Positions 52,711-62,489 of a stretch of 64,000 nucleotides of DNA are shown piece after piece. The stretch's first letter is position 1, and the number at the start of each line of letters is the position of its first letter. Below the pieces are notes generated by a model, which had not been told where the DNA came from, ran no database searches, and was given only the letters and a program-made list of their open reading frames with translations. Made by a program: the position numbers and the translations under genes. The DNA comes from an uncultured Solirubrobacteraceae bacterium (lineage in GTDB: Bacteria > Actinomycetota > Thermoleophilia > Solirubrobacterales > Solirubrobacteraceae), in NCBI GenBank assembly GCA_963843485.1, contig CAWJKK010000015.1, forward strand, positions 213,128-277,127. Reading direction: 5' to 3'.

Positions 52711-53128
52711 ATGGTCACGCCCGAGCCGCTCCGCGTCGTGATCGCGGACGACCACCCCATGTATCGCGACGGCCTCGCGCGCGCGCTGCGCGCGAGCGGG
52801 ATCGACGTCGTCGCCGAGGCGGCGAACGGCGAGGCCGCCGTGCAGGCCGTGGCCGCGACGGCAGCCCGACGTCGTCGTGATGGACCTCAGCATGCCCGGC
52901 GTCTCCGGGCTCGAGGCGATCCGCATCGTGGTCGAGCACGCGTCGACCACGCGCGTGCTCGTGCTCAGCGTCTCGGCCGAGGCGCGCGACATCGACGACG
53001 CGATGACGGCCGGCGCCGGCGGCTACGTCCTCAAGGACGAGCCGGTCGAGGACCTGATCGCCGCCGTGCGCGCCACCGCGGTCGGCCACCGGCGGATCTC
53101 GCCGGGCTCGGGGCGCACCGGACCATGA
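52711..53128 (+). CDS. response regulator receiver domain, truncated paralog lacking the LuxR HTH (frame break near 52865)
   Basis: ATG at 52711. Contains LRVVIADDHPMYRDGLARAL, VVVMDLSMPGVSGLEA and GAGGYVLKDEP. It ends shortly after the receiver, where similarity to the downstream copy stops. Confidence 0.6.
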
Positions 53129-53178
53129 CGGCCTGGGCTGGACCGGCGCGGTCGAGTCGGGCAGGATCAGGTTTACAG

Positions 53179-53847
53179 GTGATCGAGCCGACCCCTCAGC
53201 CCGAGCCGCTCCGCGTCGTGCTCGCGGACGACCACCCGTTCTACCGCGACGGCCTCGCGCGCCTGCTCGAGCAGAGCGGGATCGACGTCGTGGCCGCCGT
53301 CGGCAACGGCGAGGCGGCGGTCCGCGCGGTGGCCGAGACGGCCCCGGACGTCGTCGTGATGGACCTCAACATGCCGGGCATGTCCGGGCTCGAGGCGACG
53401 CGGCATCCTCGGCCGGCGCTCGCCCCGCCTCGCGCGTGCTCGTGCTGAGCGTGTCGGCGCAGGCGGAGGACGTGACCGAGGCGGTGCTCGCGGTGCGTGC
53501 GGCTACGTGCTCAAGGAGGCGCCGGTCGAGGAGGTCGTCGCCGGCATCCGCGCCGCCGCCGACGGGCAGTCGCTGATCTCGCCGCGGATCGCGAGCGTGC
53601 TGCTGCGGCGGGTACGCGAGGCGGCCGCCGACGAGGCGACTGACCTGCGCGCCGTGCAGCTGTCACCGCGCGAGCTACGAGGTGCTCGGCCTGCTCGCCG
53701 AGGGCCGTGCCAACCACGAGATCGCCGACCGAGCTGGTGATCAGCCCGAGCACGGTGCACAACCACGTCTCGAGCATCCTGATCAAGCTCCAGGTCGAGA
53801 ACCGCGTGCAGGCCGCGGTGCGGGCCGTGCGCGACGGCCTCGTCTAA
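53179..53847 (+). CDS. NarL/FixJ-family response regulator (receiver plus LuxR-type HTH; about 4 frame breaks)
   Basis: GTG at 53179. Contains LRVVLADDHPFYRDGLARLL, VVVMDLNMPGMSGLEA, GYVLKEAP, LSPRELEVLGLLAEGRANHEIA and LVISPSTVHNHVSSILIKLQVENR. TAA at 53845-53847. Confidence 0.8.
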
Positions 53848-53911
53848 GGTCGTGCCGCGGCGGTTGCGGCGGTCGCCGCCGCGGGTTTAGGCTCGCCTCC
53901 GGGCGCCATCG

Positions 53912-55369
53912 ATGGCGGTCCGGGGGAAAACTCTGACGCGCAACCGGCACGAAAGCAGGGAGCGCCGAGTCACTTCGGCGGACGCGCTGTACGCCGCGTC
54001 GATCGCGGCCAGCGTCTGCCTGGCGCGTCACGCTGATCGTCAACCTCGCGCCGCCGCTCGACCCGTCGATCGGCAGCCGGCGCTTCCACGTCGCGCTCGA
54101 GACCTCCGCGGCGATGGTGCTGATGTTCGTCTCGGCGGTGCTGCTCGGCCGCTTCCGGCTCAACAGCTCGCTGCGCACGCTGCTGAAGTTCACGGCGACG
54201 TTCTCGCTCGCGCTCGAGAACCTCGTCTCGGCGGTGCTGACGATCGCGCTCGACGGCGACGACACGAACTTCGTCGACCTGGGCGACCGCGATCGCCGGG
54301 CTGCTCGGCGCGACGCTGCTGGCGTCGGCGGCGCTGCTACCTGACCGCCACGTCGCGCGCCAGAGCCGCGCGATCGCGATCGCCGTCGGCGCGAGCGTCG
54401 CGGTGCTCGCGCCGCTCGTCGCGCTGACCGCGTTCTTCTCGAGCTCGCTGCCGGGCGCGTTCGACGTGCCCCCGGAGTCGCTGACCGGTCTGCAGCGGCT
54501 CAGCGAGCACCCGGCGCTGATCGTGATCGAGGCGCTGACGGCGACCGGCTTCGGCGTCGCCGCGGTCGCGTTCGCGCGGCTGGCCGCAGGAGCGCGACGA
54601 CGAGTTCCTCAAGTGGCTCGGCGTCGCCTCGTGATCGCCTCGGTCGGCGTTCCTGAACTACGCGCTCTTCCCGTCGCAGTTCACCGAGCTGATCTACAGC
54701 GGCGACCTGTTCTTCATCGCCGCGATGGTCGCGCTCGCGTACGCCGCGGTGCGCGAGATCGCCAACGAGGAGGCGGCGAACATCCGCTCGGCCGTGCTCG
54801 AGGAGCGGCGGCGCGTGGCGCGCGACCTGCACGACGGCGTCGCCCAGGAGCTGGCGTTCATCGCCTCGCAGACGCGCTGGTTCATCCGCCGAGCCGAACG
54901 ACGGCCAGCCGCTCGAGCAGATCATGGACGCGGTCGAGCGCGCGCTCGACGAGTCGCGCGGGGCGATCGCCGCGCTCAGCCGCCCGATCGACGAGCCGCT
55001 CGACCTCGCGCTCGGCCAGGCGGCCCAGGACGTCGCGAACCGGATCGGCGCGCGGCTGCAGCTCGACCTCGACGCCGCGCGTCGAGGTGCCGCCCGACTG
55101 GCGCGACGCGCTGCTGCGGATCGCCCGCGAGGCGGTCGGCAACGCGGTCCGCCACGGCCGCGCGCGCACGGTCAGCCTGCAGCTGCACGAGGCCGACTCG
55201 GTCACGCTGCGCGTCACCGACGACGGCGACGGCTTCGATCCCGACGCACCGCGGTCGACGCTCAGCTACGGTCTGACCAGCATGCGCGAGCGCACCGAGT
55301 CCCTCGGCGGGGAGTTCCGATCTCGTCCGTCGAGGGCGCCGGCACGACGATCGAGGTGGTGCTCCCTGA
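53912..55369 (+). CDS. membrane sensor histidine kinase, HisKA_3 type (frame breaks); paralog of 50069..51398
   Basis: Polytopic N-terminus (MVLMFVSAVLLGRF..., ALENLVSAVLTIAL). Contains the H-box [19 protein letters not shown], plus REAVGNAVRHG, RVTDDGDGF and GLTSMRERTESLGGEF. Confidence 0.7.
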
Positions 55370-56027
55370 TGACGGCGACACGTCCGCGCGTGCTGATCGC
55401 CGACGACCACGCGCCGACGCGGACCGGCGTGCGGATGGCGCTCGAGCGCCGACGGCCTGCGCGGTCTGCGCCGAGGCCGCGAACGCCGGCGAGGCGGTCC
55501 GCGCCGCGGTGCGCCGAGCGCCCGGACGTCTGCCTCGTCGACCTCGGCATGCCGGGCGACGGCCTGCGGGCGGTGGCCGGCATCGCCGCGGCGCTGCCGG
55601 AGACGCCCGGTGCTCGTGCTCACGGTCTCGCGCGTCGGGCGACGACCTGCTCGACTCGCTGCGCGCCGGCGCCGTCCGGCTACCTGCTCAAGGACATGGA
55701 CCCGGCGCAGCTGCGCCGGCTCCGTGCGCGCGACGCTCGAGGGCGAGGCGCCGCTGCCCGGCTTCATGGCCGCGCGCCTGATCGAGGAGTTCCGCTTCCG
55801 CGGCGCCGCACCACAGCATCGTCGTCCAGAACCGCCGGGTCGAGCTGACGCCGCGCGAGTGGGAAGTGCTCGAGCTGCTCAGCGACGGACTGTCGACGGC
55901 CGAGATCGCCGCCCAGCTGGAGCTCTCGCAGGTCACCGTCCGGCGCCACCTGTCGATGCTCGAGCACCGCCTGCAGGTGAGCTCGCGCGAAGAGGCCGTA
56001 CGCCTGTTCTGCGCGCGTCAGTCGTAG
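55369..56027 (+). CDS. NarL/FixJ-family response regulator (frame breaks)
   Basis: ATG at 55369. Contains RVLIADDHAPTRTGVRMAL, CLVDLGMPGDG, GYLLKDMDP, LTPREWEVLELLSDGLSTAEIA and LSQVTVRRHLSML. TAG at 56025-56027. Confidence 0.75.
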
Positions 56028-56302
56028 TCGAGCCGCAGCAGCGCCAGGTCGCGCGGCGCCAGCTCGACCTCGTACTCGCGCCCGCCCTGGCGCGATCGCG
56101 ACCTCCCACTTGCCGTTGTCGCGGTCGCGGCGGACGTCGAGCACGCGCGCCCGGGACGACCTCGAGCGCGGCGGCGACGGCGCGCTGCGCGGCCGGCGTG
56201 GCCGGGTCGACCGGCAGATCGTCCTCCTCGGGCCAGACCAGCAGCACGACGCCGACCACCACGGCGGCGGCGGCGATCAGCGCGACCGAGGCGCCGCTTC
56301 AC
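56018..56302 (-). CDS. small membrane-anchored PepSY domain protein (2-3 frame breaks)
   Basis: GTG at 56302 (GTGA overlap with the kinase stop). VKRR then ASVALIAAAAVVVGVVLLVW (TM), then AAQRAVAAALEVVPGARVLDVRRDRDNGKWEVAI...GREYEVELAPRDLALLRLDYD. Confidence 0.55.
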   Translation of the reverse strand: MKRRLGRADRRRRRGGRRRAAGLARGGRSAGRPGHAGRAARRRRRARGRPGRACSTSAATATTASGRSRSRQGGREYEVELAPRDLALLRLDYD

Positions 56303-57124
56303 GCGGTGAGCGGACGCAGCCGTTCCATCACCTCGTCGAGCGACGGGCGATCGTCGGGCTCGGTCGCCAGGCAGGCGTCGATCGCCTCCGCCAGCGCCGC
56401 CGGCACGCTGCCCGCAGCGGCGGACGGCGCCGGCCCGTCGAGCTGCGGGTAGCCCGCCGCGAGCTGCTCGCCGGTGCTCCAGGTGCGCGGCGTGACCGCG
56501 GCGCCCTCCGCCGTGTCGGACGCGTCGGTCCAGGACTCGTCGTCGTCGAACGCCGGCTCGCCGGTCGCGGCCTCGTAGAGCACGGTGCCGAGGCCCCAGA
56601 CGTCGGCCGCCGGGCCCGAGCTCGTCGCCGCGCGCCTGCTCGGGCGAGAGGTTGCACCAGGTGCCGAGGCCGGCGCGGTAGCGGCCCGGCGCGCGGGCGA
56701 GCGAGAGGTCGATCAGCTTCGCGCGGCCGCCGTCGGCGACCACGTTGGAGGGCTTGACGTCGAGGTGCAGGACGCCGTGGCGGTGCAGGTAGCGCAGCGC
56801 CGAGGCGAGGTGCAGGCCGAGCCAGGCGACGTCCTCGGCGGCCAGCCCGTCCGGGTGGCGGTCGACGAGGTGCGCGAGCGTCTCGCCGTCGAGCGTCTCC
56901 ATCACGACGACGAGCTCGGGCTCGCGCAGCAGCTCGTAGCCGCGGACGATGTGCGGGTGGGTGAGCGCCGTCAGCAGGCGGCCCTCGGCGAGCAGCGCCG
57001 CGCGGGCGCGCTCGTCGTCGCGGCGGTCGGGCCGCAGCGTCTTGGCCACGCACGAGCACGCGCGCTCCTCGCTCCACACCTCGTAGGTGTCCAGCCGGCG
57101 CGTGCGGCTGAGGTGCTCGATCAC
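56299..57124 (-). CDS. short Ser/Thr protein kinase, catalytic domain only (frame break near 56590)
   Basis: Contains VAK (beta3 Lys), LHRHGVLHLDVKPSNVV (catalytic loop), the DLS variant of DFG, SPEQ and DVWGLGTVLYE (ORF 56299..56583). The start is taken as GTG 57124 (GTGA overlap with the ABC stop); ATG 57157 is the alternative. Confidence 0.75.
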
Positions 57125-58946
57125 GAGCCCGGTGCGAGCCGGTGCCGGCCACGGCATGTCGGCGCACTCATGCCGCCGCGATCGCAGCTCGCGCCGCGCG
57201 CCACGCGCCCGTCGCGCAGCACGATCGACCTCGTCGGCCGCCGCGGCCAGCTCGAGGTCGTGCGTGATCAGCAGCGTCGCGCGGTCGCGCATCAGCCGCC
57301 GCAGCGGCGCGACCAGGCGGCGCGAGGTCTCGGCGTCGAGCCCGGCGGACGGCTCGTCGAGCACGAGCACCGGCGCGTCCTGGAGCAGCGCGCGCGCCAT
57401 CGCGACGCGCCGGCGCTGGCCGCCGGAGAGCGCGCGCCCGCGCTGGCCGGTGCGCGTGGCGGAGGCCGTCGGGCAGCTCGTCGGCCGAGCCCGCGGCGGC
57501 GGCCGCGGCGAGCGCGCCGCGGACCTCGCTCGTCGGTCGCCTGCGGCCGCCCGTAGGCGACGTTCTCGCGCACGGTGCCGTCGAACAGCGGCGCGTCCTG
57601 CAGCAGCAGCGCGACGTTGTCGCGCAGCGAGCGCAGCGTCACGTCGCGCACGTCGTGGCCGTCGAGCCGCACGACGCCCTGGTCCGGGTCGGCGAAGCGC
57701 AGCGCGAGCTTGGCGAGCGTCGACTTGCCCGGCGCCGCTCGGCGCCGACGACCGCGACGCAGCGGCCGGGCCGCACGAGCAGGCTGACGCCGGCGAGCGC
57801 CGGGCGCTCGGAGCCGGGGTAGCGTGTAGCTGACCTCGTCGAGCTCGAGCTGGCCGCGCACGCGGTCGAGCGGCCGCGCGTCCGGGCGCTCGCGCACCGC
57901 GCGGCTCGGTGTCGAGCAGCTCGATCACGCGCTCGGCGCCGGCCGTGCGCCTCGAACACCGTCTGGCCGAGCCGCGAGAGGTCGCGCACCGGGCGGTAGA
58001 GCTGCGAGAGGTAGGCGAGGAACGCGAGCAGGCCGCCGATCGTGAGGTCGCCGGCGGTCAGCGCCCAGGTGCCGAGCACGATGATCAGTGATCGCGCCCG
58101 CGAGCTCGATCAGGTCGATGATCGGGGCGAACAGGCCGGCGATGCGGGTGCCGGCCAGCTCGGCGGCCATCGCGCCCTCGTTCTCGCGCCGGAAGCGCTG
58201 CAGCTCGTGCTCCTGCGCGTTGGCCGACTGCACGAGCGCGGCGTTGGCGAGCGCCTCCTCGGCGACCGCGGTCAGCGAGCCGCTGCGGCGGCGGCGCTCG
58301 CGCGCGGCGCGGCGGGCCAGGCGCGCGAAGCGGTGGGCGGCGAAGTAGAAGACCGGGACGACGATCAGCGAGGCGAGCGCGAGCTTCCAGGAGAGCAGGC
58401 ACAGCGCGCCGGCGAAGAACAGCAGCCGCGCGGCGGCCTGCACGACCTCGGCGATCGCCGACAGCAGCAGCGTCTCGATCGCGTGCACGTCGCCGGTGAC
58501 CCGCGCGAGCACGTCGCCGTGGCGGCGGCGGTCGAGCGCGTCGGGCTCGAGCGGCTGCAGGTGCGCGAGCAGCCGCGTGCGCAGGGCGAGCGTGAAGCGC
58601 TCGCCGACCCAGGTGGCGGCGTACTCGTCGCCGAAGGACAGCAGCGCGCCGAGCAGCGCGAGGCCGACCATCACCGGCACGTAGACGGCGAGCGGGCCGA
58701 GCGACTCGGCGACGAGCACGTCGTCGACGATCAGCTTGAAGATCCAGATCTCCGCGGCCTCGACGGCCGGCAGCAGCGCGGCGAGCGCGACGCCGGCGAC
58801 GAACGGCTTGCGGTAGCGTGCGCGCCAGCGGCCAGAAGCGGCGGACGACCTCGCGCAGCGGGACCGTCGGGCGCGGCCGCGACGACCTTGTCGTCGTCGG
58901 GGGCGGGCGCGAGGGAGGTGGCGAGTCGGTCGAGGAGGAGGCGCAT
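57121..58946 (-). CDS. ABC transporter, fused permease/ATPase exporter type (several frame breaks)
   Basis: The TMD is in ORF 57925..58719 (six TM helices). Contains Walker A G.GKSTLAKL, the signature LSGGQRRRVAMARALL, Walker B VLVLDEPSAGLD and the H-loop ITHD. ATG at 58946 is followed by high GC3. Confidence 0.8.
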
Positions 58947-59028
58947 GGGGCGTGCGTGCGATGCGGGGCGGAACGAGGACGGGGCGGCGGAGGCGGGTGG
59001 TCCTCCGCCGCCCCGATGGTGTGGCGGC

Positions 59029-59171
59029 CTAGCTGTTCGAGCTGCGGCTGCGGCGGTTGCGACGGCGACGGCGCCGGCGCCGGCGACGCCGGCCGGAGTT
59101 GTGTCGCTGTTGCTCTTGCTGGCGGAGAGGCGCGCCGCGGCGCTGATGCCCTTGAACGAACGGTGGGCCAT
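59029..59171 (-). CDS. candidate small ORF with strong Shine-Dalgarno (MAHRSFKGISAAARLSASKSNSD...; 3' frame ambiguous, Ala/Val/Gly-rich or poly-Arg reading, likely ending ...SSNS at TAG 59031-59029)
   Basis: AAGGAGG lies 5 nt upstream of ATG 59171. The first 37 or so codons are about 92 percent G/C at third positions. After that the best-coding frame shifts. As written, the frame runs into the ABC start without a stop. Confidence 0.35.
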
Positions 59172-59225
59172 GTCGGCCTCCTTGCGTCGGGGTTTCCCTG
59201 TCGAAGACAAAGATGCCCGCGCGCG

Positions 59226-59273
59226 GTGAGCGATCCGTGAGGCGCCGATGAGAAGACGCTCACCGAGCATGAG
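59226..59273. promoter_or_regulatory. phased pentamer array, site 2: GTGAG(59226) GTGAG(59237) ATGAG(59248) CTCAC(59259) ATGAG(59269)
   Basis: Read directly. 59235-59254 is the exact reverse complement of 63732-63751. The array lies upstream of the small ORF/ABC/kinase/PepSY unit. Confidence 0.5.
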
Positions 59274-59864
59274 CAACGCCAGGCGGCTGTGCGCCCGCGC
59301 CATCAGCCGCACCAGCACGGCCGAGAGGACGGCCAGCGGAGCCGCCAGGAGCATCACGCCGAGCGCCTCGAGCAGCGTGTCGACGTTCAGGACGCCGAAC
59401 TCGACGCCGTCGGGGATCGACCAGTACCAGAGCGGCAGCGTGGCCGCGCCGAGCGTGTAGCCGACGAGCGCGACGGCGACGATGCCGAAGGCCATGCCGA
59501 CCACCGAGTGGGTGATCAGCCAGGCGAGGTCCTTCCACGTCTGCGGGTCGCGGAACGTGCGCGAGAGGCGCATCAGGATCGGGCCGCTGTGGTCGCGGTA
59601 GCGCGCCTTCACCGGAGCGCCGAAGACGAGCGCGGCGTTCTGGCGGTCGAGCTCGACGGTCCAGCGGAACACGATCGCGGTCACCAGCGCGACGGGCAGG
59701 CCGACGATGAAGACGGCCAGCGAGAGGGTGACGCTCACTCCCGTGATCCAGACGGCGAGCGCCAGGATGCTGGTGGCGAGCCCGAACGTGAGGTACAGCG
59801 TGTCGCGCCCGAGCCTGCGGATCCACGCCTGCGGCACCGGGACGTTGAGGGCAGTCGTCGTCAT
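59260..59864 (-). CDS. stand-alone putative-sensor-domain membrane protein (N-terminal module of actinobacterial LiaS-like kinases, no kinase domain); 3' end uncertain
   Basis: ATG at 59864 lies within ORF 58731..59918. Contains RDTLYLTFGLATSILALAVWITGVSVTLSLAVFIVGLPV..., FRDPQTWKDLAWLITHSVVGMAFGIVAVAL and LPLWYWSIP. GC3 collapses after about 59265. Confidence 0.55.
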
Positions 59865-59934
59865 GCCCTCAGGATCGGTTCTGCGGGGCCCGGCCGCCAT
59901 GACGCCGGCAGGCGTCATGGCGGTGGGGAAAACC

Positions 59935-61100
59935 TCAGCGCAACGCTGTGTCCAGCCACGCCGTGCGGCGCGTGAGCCAGTCCTTCAGTGGCGGCGACGG
60001 CCGCCGTCGTGCGAGCCGTGCACGGGCTGGTTGACGGAACAGCGGGCGGTCGAGCACGTCGCCAGCGGGCGAAGTTGCGCCGCGCCGGGCCGCGCAGCTC
60101 GCGCGCGTGGCGGTCGGCGCTCGCCAGCAGCGCCTCGAGGATCCCGTCGGCGCGCAGCTCGCGCCAGCGCGCGCGCGAGCGCGGCCTGGAACGCCGGGTC
60201 GGCCAGCAGCGCGGCTCGCCCACGGGCGGTCCGCCAGCAGCCAGCCGTCGGGCGCCGACATGGCGCGGATCGATCGTGTTGCCGGCGCTGAGGTCGAAGT
60301 CCCAGACCGGGCCGAGGTGCGAGCTTGCCGTCCTCGGGCTGATGCGAGGTACGTGCTCGAGAGGAACGCGTCCTGGTTCTTGAACAGCTCGGCGTGCAGC
60401 ACGTAGTCGACCGCCGACGCCTCGTCGAGGTGCGCGGCGCCAGCCCGGGCCGCCGAGCGCGGCCTCGAACGCCTCGACGCAGGCGCGCGGCCCGCGCTCC
60501 TTCTCGTCGGCCTCGTCGGGCTCGGCGTGGACCACGGTCAGCCCGCTGGCGGACGCGGAACGACTCGTCGTCGGCGTCGAGCCTTGTCGCGGCTCGGTCA
60601 GCTCGAGCAGCGCGTCGCCCTGCACGCGCGGTCGCTAGCTCGGCGGCTCGATCAGCACGTACACGCCGCGGTAGCGGCGGTTGACGCGCAGCTCGACGAA
60701 GCGCGTGCGGCTGCGCCGCGAGCCCGATCCGCCGCGCCGTGCGCGTGCGCGAGCACGTCGCGCAGCAGCGTCGGGTCGGTGTGGAACGCGTTCAGGTCCC
60801 AGTCGTTCTCGCGCGGCATGCCCGAGCAGCCGCACGTCGCTTGTCGGTCTCGATCGCGTACGGCTTCTTGGCGAACGCGCTGCGAGGACTGAGCCGCGCA
60901 GCTCGATGCCGACGCTGGTAGGTGCCGGCTGCCGACCGTTGAGCCGGGCCGGGACCTTCGGGTCGTCGCGGATCTGCTTCTTCGCCGTCGATGCGCGACC
61001 TTCGGGACGTCGGCCGGCAGCCGCCTCGGCGCGTCAGCGCGAGCGCGACCGCGGCGACCGGGGCGGCGCGGAAGTGCCGCGCGCAGCAGCGGCCGCAGGC
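59935..61100 (-). CDS. CotH kinase family protein (paralog 2; many frame breaks; 5' boundary approximate)
   Basis: Pieces: FAKKPYAIETDK, GMPRENDWDLNAFHTDPTLLRDVLAH, TRFVELRVNRRYRGVYVLIEP, ELFKNQDAF, LGPVWDFDLSAGN, RARWRELRADGILEALL and C-terminal LKDWLTRRTAWLD. Confidence 0.65.
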
Positions 61101-61845
61101 GGTTGCTCGCGCACGCCGGGCCGCGTGAAGCGCGACGCCGAGGCAGTACTTCGAGCAGCCGTCGGCCGGGCCGCGCGCCGAGCGCGCGCAGCACGCGGTC
61201 GGCCGACCGCGTTGCCGCGCGGCGACTTGCTCTCGACGATCACGCGCGCCGGCGGCGAGCCGCCCGCGGCGCCGTCGGGCGCGCGGAAGGCGAGGTCGAA
61301 GTCGCACGTCAGCGCGCTCGCCGAGCTCGGGCGCGGCGAGCGTCACGCGCGTGTAGGCGACGGCCAGCGCCGGCCGCAGGCCGCCGCTCGGGCGCGCGCC
61401 CGTAGGCGCGCTCGACGCACTCGCGCAGGAACGCGCAGCGCGGGCTCGGAGAGCGCGTCGCGCGGCTCGCGCGTCGTACGGCCATCCGGTGCTTGACCGT
61501 GCGGCCGCGCGCGCCCCTTGAGCTTGACCTCGAAGGTGCACAGGCCGCTGTCGACGTACTCGCGCGAGCGGCACTTGTAGCGCCGCCGGCGCTGCTGGAC
61601 GTGGTCGCGGAACGCGCGCAGCTCGGCGTGTCGAAGTACGTCGTGCGGTAGCGCGAACGCGCGCCGGCCGTCGATCTCGAGCACCGCGTGGGTGCCGCGC
61701 AGCCGCTCGGCGAGCGCGCGCGAACGGCTCGAGCGGGACGACGTACTTGACGTCCATGCGGTCCTGCAGCGCGGCGGCCGCCTCGAGCTCGGCGAGCCCG
61801 ACGGGCGGGAAGCGACTCAGCGACGAGCGAGGCGACCGGGCGCAT
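61100..61845 (-). CDS. VTC (polyphosphate-polymerase-like) domain protein (many frame breaks; 3' boundary approximate)
   Basis: ATG at 61845. Pieces: LQDRMDVKYVVPLE, LEIDGRRAF, RRRRYKCRSREYVDSGLCTFEVKLKG, AVAYTRVTL, VIVESKSPRG and SKYCLG. Confidence 0.65.
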
Positions 61846-62434
61846 CGAGCGCCTCCTCGGGGACGGCGTCGGCGGGGCGTCGGACGTAGCGCACCTCGGC
61901 GCGCGTGGTCTCGCGCACGTAGTCGATCTCGCGCACGGTCACCTCGAGCACCTGCGCGTTGAGCCGCTCCTCGAGGTGGCGGCGCAGCGCCTCGTCGTCG
62001 GCGAACACGAGCTCGAGCGTCACCTCGAGCCGGCTGCGTCGGCGCGGCTCAGCCGCGGGTGGTCGATCAGCCAGGCGGCGGCGAGCGCGATCGCGGCCAG
62101 CAGCGCCGGCGATAGGCGGCGTCGCCGAGGTCGATCGCGCAGACGAGCGCGAGCACGAGCGCGACGAAGAAGTAGGCCAGCTCGCGGTTGGAGAACGGCT
62201 CGCTGCGCAGCCGCACGATCGAGAGCACGGCGAACAGGCCGAAGCCGACGCCCATGCTCGACCTCGCCGCCGGCGATCACCGACAGCGCGAGGAACAGGC
62301 CGACGTTGAACAGCGCGTAGACGACCGACGAGGTCCATGCGCCGGTGGCGCGGATGGAAGAGGCCGTAGACGAGCACGGCGATCGCCACGACGTCGATGG
62401 CCAGCCGCACGAGGACGTCGCCGAGGTCGATCAT
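61817..62434 (-). CDS. DUF4956 domain membrane protein (frame breaks)
   Basis: ATG at 62434 is preceded by GGGAGGA. Contains MIDLGDVLVRLAIDVVAIAVLVYGLF, MGVGFGLFAVLSIVRLRSEPFSNRELAYFFVALVLAL and the C-terminus LEVTLELVFADDEALRRHLEERL...REIDYVRETT. Confidence 0.7.
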   Translation of the reverse strand: MIDLGDVLVRLAIDVVAIAVLVYGLFHPRHRRMDLVGRLRAVQRRPVPRAVGDRRRRGRAWASASACSPCSRSCGCAASRSPTASWPTSSSRSCSRSSARSTSATPPIAGAAGRDRARRRLADRPPAAEPRRRSRLEVTLELVFADDEALRRHLEERLNAQVLEVTVREIDYVRETTRAEVRYVRRPADAVPEEALDAPGRLARR

Positions 62435-62489
62435 GCCCGATGTCCTCCCCAGCGCGGTGAGTCGTTCGGAGGCGGCGATGAGGAACTTC

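Noticed and set aside
52624-53448. 274-aa plus-strand ORF starting at ATG 52624 (MHELRVRKLSS...)
   Set aside because: Its first 29 codons cover the operator array and have poor codon bias. The real gene starts at ATG 52711. The ORF then runs out of frame across the truncated RR and into the next RR.
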